From Phoronis australis (Eukaryota > Animalia > Phoronida), in contig NMRA01000210.1 in the NCBI GenBank assembly GCA_002633005.1, forward strand, positions 186,001-250,000: a DNA stretch of 64,000 bases. Reading direction: 5' to 3'. A model generated the notes under the pieces. The model saw nothing but the letters and a program-made list of their open reading frames with translations. It was not told the origin of the DNA and did not search any database. Positions 59,993 through 64,000 of this stretch are shown in pieces (positions within the stretch are counted from its first letter, which is position 1; each line of letters opens with the position of its first letter). Position numbers and translations under genes: made by a program.

Positions 59993-61059
59993 TACTAGTG
60001 TGATTTTTTTAGTACTGAAGTGATTTTCCCCAAACTGAACCTCAATAACGCCGCGTACTTCGGCCTTAGGTGACACTTTCCTCTCGGGAATGAACGAAAG
60101 TTATTCACCGGACATGATGTGCTATCATATTCCGATGACGAAATGATGTTTCACCACGTATGATTTCTCCACATTTCGTCGGTATCCAATAGCGGGTTTC
60201 TTATGTTACTTAAATATCCCCAAAGCATGGGTTTGCCTCATGAACATCTTTTCGGCATCTTTTGAAATTGATAAGAGCCTTAACGGTCAAAATAATTCCG
60301 TAGCCGCGTCCGGCCCAGATCTAATGAGTGACCATTCCAACGACAAATTTTGTTGAAGTATATATGGTCGGATACTACCCTAGTTCTGATGGCTGCCGCT
60401 CCTAAATTCGCCCCTCCCCTAGCAGCAAAGTCCGCACGTCTATGGTGAGGGCCCGATTACGAATTAAGTTGACCAACATGCAGGGAAAAAAGTCGAATTA
60501 GTTTGTACTCCTCCACACCCGCCGGGTTTACAGTGCCGCAGGCCTGATGACACAGCCAAAGAGGGGATGGAGGTTAAATGTAATGTATAGGGGAGTCTAA
60601 CTGATCAGTCGACGGGGTGTGGAAGTAAAATGGGAGTCCACTGGGGATGGAGAGGTCAGTGCGTACAACTCGTATCGATCTCGGGGCGGAGACGAAATTG
60701 GTTTCGACCAACCACGAAGTGGTATGAAGAATTGAGCTTATATCTCGTTTTCAAAGAATCTGATCAGAGGCGTTACTGAGTCGCAGCGCCACGTATCATG
60801 GCGAATTTCAAATTGGATACTTCGATGCAGTCACTGTGGCATCTCTGGTACGATTGCAACCAAGTAGTAGGAGTTTGAGCCGAAACATCACATGCAGTCC
60901 GCCAGATTTTGCGGCCTGCAACACTGGGTCAGTCAGGAAAGATCATCCAATAATTAAATTAAAGAACAGTAGCCATAAAATCGCGGCAGATGAAAGTGGA
61001 ACTTGCACTTATCTCGTAATTGCTTGGTCAAATTAGTTAGAAACACAACAAAAAGCGGC

Positions 61060-61630
61060 GTTGAAAATTGCCAATTATTGCTTTTAAGAACGAGCCAGTT
61101 CATTGCGGCGTTTTTCCCGTTGATCCCAGCTTGTTCGATTCTATAGCCCAATAACAAATTGAGAAGATGACCCCTGTAGCCAATATCTTAAACGACTGAT
61201 TAACTCCATTGTGCCGGGCATTCATGGTTGGAGGGCCAGCTCTCTTTTGTTCAATAATTGCTCTAATCTTCAATAAGACCGTATCTAGCCTGGCTGTGCT
61301 GTGCTGTTAAAAATAAAAGTTAAGTTATAACATATTTGAACATAAACCAATAGCATTTCTGAATTCTTAGTCAAATGCTGATCATGTTTGGATTTTGAAT
61401 CGGCAAAATCGCCCAACTACAACCGAAGTTAAGACAATTTATTCTTTTCGAACTGACCAATTCGCTTTGAGTTTGACTGTGTTCGCACGTGGTCTGTAAT
61501 AAGCCTAGTTGACGGATAATTGGCCTGCCTGTTGTCTTAGCAGACAAAAGACTGTGCTTGGCAGTTAATAAAGGAGCTAGATGTTATCACATGTTCGTCT
61601 GGTAAAGTTACTGAACGAGAGAACGCCGTC
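61060..61630 (-). repeat. Inverted copy of the repeat at 16690-17260
   Basis: Direct reverse-complement comparison. 61195-61363 is identical to 16957-17125. Confidence 0.8.
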
Positions 61631-63652
61631 ATGTTTATGCCGTAAACGATCCGCCGTAAATCGCTCAACCATGTCCAGCAAGTATCGTGATGTGGTGCTG
61701 GGGAATAACGCTGCATAAGATACGGGCTGTGTAAGTCCACGAGCTACGTCATTAGTGCAAAGGTCACCTCTTGGAGAATTTTTTGTTTCCACATTTACAA
61801 GTTGTCAATGAATACAACTGCACTTTGTTTAGCGTAGATGGTGTTCAAATAGCATTGCCGTTTAGTTCCTGCACGCTCTATATTAGCATAGCTAGGAGTA
61901 TCAAATTCATCTTTAATATGACATAGTTTGAAAGCAGAATACCTAGCTTCGGCATCAGGTAAACAAGACTCCGGGTCAAATTCCTACTTAAACCAAACAT
62001 GAAATTACAATTAACACACAGATTATGAACCAGGGAAATTAGGTCTTTTTTGCAGCCATCTTGGATTCCAGTATGGTTGTTACCAATTACTATTTTGTCA
62101 TGACATCATAGGCCTACAGTTTAAGCCAAAAATTGTTGATTTTTAAGTAGCCTCACCATTTACACGAACGACGTCGCTCTAGTCGGCTGGCGACTGTGTT
62201 GGCTTACGTAGTAAATGACTATCTCACCACTGAGACAGCGATCGGGTCCTTAGTTAAGTCAATGAAATAATATTAGAGTATAAAGCGGCATGGAAAGCGA
62301 AAGTTTGCCAAAATATTGCTTAAACAATTCCTGACGAAAGTAACAGCTCACAACGTCTACTACATGGTGTTAGCCTTCCCCTGCGGGGAAATTTCCACGA
62401 AAAAACACAAATTTCACGATTCTTGAAATACGCCCTAAGGAAAAATTCTGTAGAGTCACCACAGAGTCTAATCTTCATTCCAACGTATGATAAACGCGCT
62501 AAGAGTCTCGACTGACAAGAAACGTATTAATGACAGATTGTCATGTATAATCCCACTCCGAATCTGAGGTCAACAGCACAGTATGAGGCAATCCAGTGAA
62601 GCAAGAGATTCCCCAGAAGAATTCCATTGAATACCACGATACTTTTGTAACTAATTTTTAACATCAATTGCCTTTTAGTGGGGACGCTGCTTGAAGTCGC
62701 CTTTGTTTTGCATAACGCGAAGTTGTCGTGAGGACTCGATTGGGACCTCAGGGGTCTCACGCTCCACCGGGCTAATTTGAAAAGGCTTTGTCCAGTCACG
62801 CGTTGTGGGTAATAAATCGAGATAATGATACCAACAGCCGACGCGACAAGCAGAACTACTTTCTTTTACTTCATTTGTGCAATAACTGGAGAAATTTAGA
62901 ATCAGACTTTTAAACACTATCCGATCGTCAACTTTTTTCGGGAGACATAAATCTCAATGTAGTTTGCGCAAAGACGATGTGCAATTTTTGGAGGTGTATT
63001 GACGATGATCAACGCTAAAACGGAGAGCAAATAAGTGCGTAATTGATCATTCAATCGGTAGTTTTGCCAGAAAGCGACGACCTTGCCGAAATTGAATGAC
63101 GGAAACCATTGAAAATCATTATAAGCGAGAAAGAGAAAACAAATATTTTCTGACGTTTAGGCTCATTAACTTTGAGTAAACGAAACGTCGCAAATATGTT
63201 CCGTCTTCTCTTGCGCGCTCATAATCAGATTCCTATAACTAGTGTTATGGCCAAAAACCGAGTTAGGAAACATCTAGACTAAAATCTTGATGGTATCTTA
63301 TTTTGCCAGCGACCATACACGGTATAAAAATGAATGAAAAGCTGAATTAGNNNNNNNNNNNNNNNNNNNNNNNNNNNNNNNNNNNNNNNNNNNNNNNNNN
63401 NNNNNNNNNNNNNNNNNNNNNNNNNNNNNNNNNNNNNNNNNNNNNNNNNNNNNNNNNNNNNNNNNNNNNNNNNNNNNNNNNNNNNNNNNNNNNNNNNNNN
63501 NNNNNNNNNNNNNNNNNNNNNNNNNNNNNNNNNNNNNNNNNNNNNNNNNNNNNNNNNNNNNNNNNNNNNNNNNNNNNNNNNNNNNNNNNNNNNNNNNNNN
63601 NNNNNNNNNNNNNNNNNNNNNNNNNNNNNNNNNNNNNNNNNNNNNNNNNNNN

Positions 63653-64000
63653 ATACAATTTTATGAAAAATTTATTACCTTTAACGAGACACTTTCATAG
63701 ACAAAAATGAAATCCTCGAGTTGGGCCCATTCTTTTCGCTCAGGGGGTCACAGAAAACATGTTCACCATGATAGTTCAGGCAGTCTCTGGAGATGATGTA
63801 TGTTACAACGAAAATGGTGGATAGTTTTTATAGATATTTAAAAATAAGAATTTGACTTTGCTTTAACAATATCTGCATGGACAGGTCTAAGTTTTTTATT
63901 TTTTCCAACATACTACCAAATTACAATACAACATAAAACATACTGCGTAAAGGTACAAAGGCTAGCATTCAGTATTTTTCGAATTAAACTACACAATGTC
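63653..64000 (+). other. Near-identical duplicate of 57790-58136 after an assembly gap (probable alternate haplotype)
   Basis: Starts right after the N run 63351-63652 and differs by only a few bases. Confidence 0.75.

Noticed and set aside
60100-63350. Additional gene or the receptor's first non-coding exon/promoter
   Set aside because: No supportable ORF, domain or splice pattern. A 5' UTR exon must exist upstream of 54238, but I cannot place it.

Overview
AT-rich, repeat-dense eukaryotic DNA, most likely from a marine invertebrate (inferred from the TE families and intron style). It comes from a heterozygous draft assembly with three large N gaps and several single-N contig joins, most of them flanked by duplicated haplotype overlaps. 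Two spliced host genes can be rebuilt with consistent intron phases. (1) A two-coding-exon GT10 alpha-1,3-fucosyltransferase on + (3092-3209 joined to 6317-7335, 378 aa). (2) An 8-coding-exon type I membrane receptor on - (54229 to 33390, 435 aa): signal peptide, CUB, atypical C-type lectin domain, TM, and a tail with YEN and PPSY motifs. The ORF track misses most of gene 2. The rest is decayed, often nested mobile DNA: Helitron/Helentron-like elements with ~430-450 bp internal tandem units, Kolobok elements (one with a KolX/P2X7-ballast-like remnant), a Gmr1-like Gypsy (PR-IN-RT order), hAT with MITEs, an intron-containing Harbinger with a MITE, pogo, mariner, BEL, L1/Tx1, L2-like, RTE-X-like and Penelope fragments, and a head-to-head pair of tRNA-derived sequences. 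I found no prokaryotic-type system, CRISPR array or rRNA, and nothing I can demonstrate to be a wholly new system. The best leads are the CUB-CTLD receptor, the Harbinger target-site signature, the Kolobok accessory-gene remnant, a 169-bp identical core inside diverged repeats, and two haplotype structural polymorphisms.
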